Assembly: GCA_043813605.1 (NCBI GenBank)
Contig: JBDRKX010000081.1
Coordinates: 1-38,754, forward strand
Origin: Elusimicrobiota bacterium
Lineage (GTDB): Bacteria > CG03 > SLGR01 > JBDRKX01
Reading direction: 5' to 3'
Length of the DNA stretch: 38,754 bases
Position numbers and translations under genes: made by a program. Numbering within the stretch: the stretch's first letter is position 1; each line of letters begins with the position of its first letter. Positions 38,609 to 38,754 of this stretch are shown here, one piece after another. The notes under the pieces were generated by a model, which worked only from the letters and a program-made list of their open reading frames with translations, made no database searches and had not been told where the DNA came from.

Positions 38609-38754
38609 TTAACATTTTATAAGGCACGCTACCGCTTTCGGATATTTGGCCTGATACAGATCGACAAAGGCTTTAAAAGCTTTTTCTGCTTCTTCTTTTG
38701 TCGGTGCAAGATATATGTCATAAATCATCTGCTTGGCATTCTTCTGAACGGATT
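38609..38754 (-). mobile_element. Truncated IS256/Mutator family transposase fragment, running off the window edge
   Basis: Manual translation of 38752-38609: SVQKNAKQMIYDIYLAPTKEEAEKAFKAFVDLYQAKYPKAVACLIKC*, resembling the IS256 insertion-domain helices (KYPKAV.CL). It stops before the RTTN.IE catalytic segment. Confidence 0.75.

Overview
A gene-dense, almost entirely plus-strand bacterial chromosomal segment. The pilin style, multiple GT-C membrane glycosyltransferases and a PorV/FadL-like barrel suggest an uncultured diderm anaerobe, possibly Elusimicrobiota-like; this is inference only. From 5' to 3': (1) a His-rich membrane protein, an EndoQ-type PHP nuclease, an Nfu-type Fe-S carrier and an MBL hydrolase; (2) a tightly coupled operon with an orphan rnfD, then nifS/iscS, iscU, cysE, a TlpA lipoprotein, a GT2, an ArnT/PMT-like GT-C split by a +1 frameshift in an A10 tract, and an AlkP-superfamily protein; (3) a beta-barrel protein, rpmB and recG; (4) a type IV pilus locus with two pilT genes sandwiching coaD and pta, then pilC, a GT-C/TPR protein, two paralogous pilins, an alpha/beta-hydrolase, pilD and a convergent third GT-C; (5) amidase, murI, yjbQ, surE, uvrB, nadC and a birA-coaX fusion; (6) groES-groEL, purH, a class V aminotransferase and a truncated IS256-like transposase at the edge. 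The best novelty candidates are a GT-C-based pilin glycosylation/modification module, possibly phase-variable, and the orphan RnfD heading an Fe-S/thiol-redox operon. Three genes also show a leaderless-mRNA promoter architecture. No rRNA, tRNA or CRISPR array was seen.
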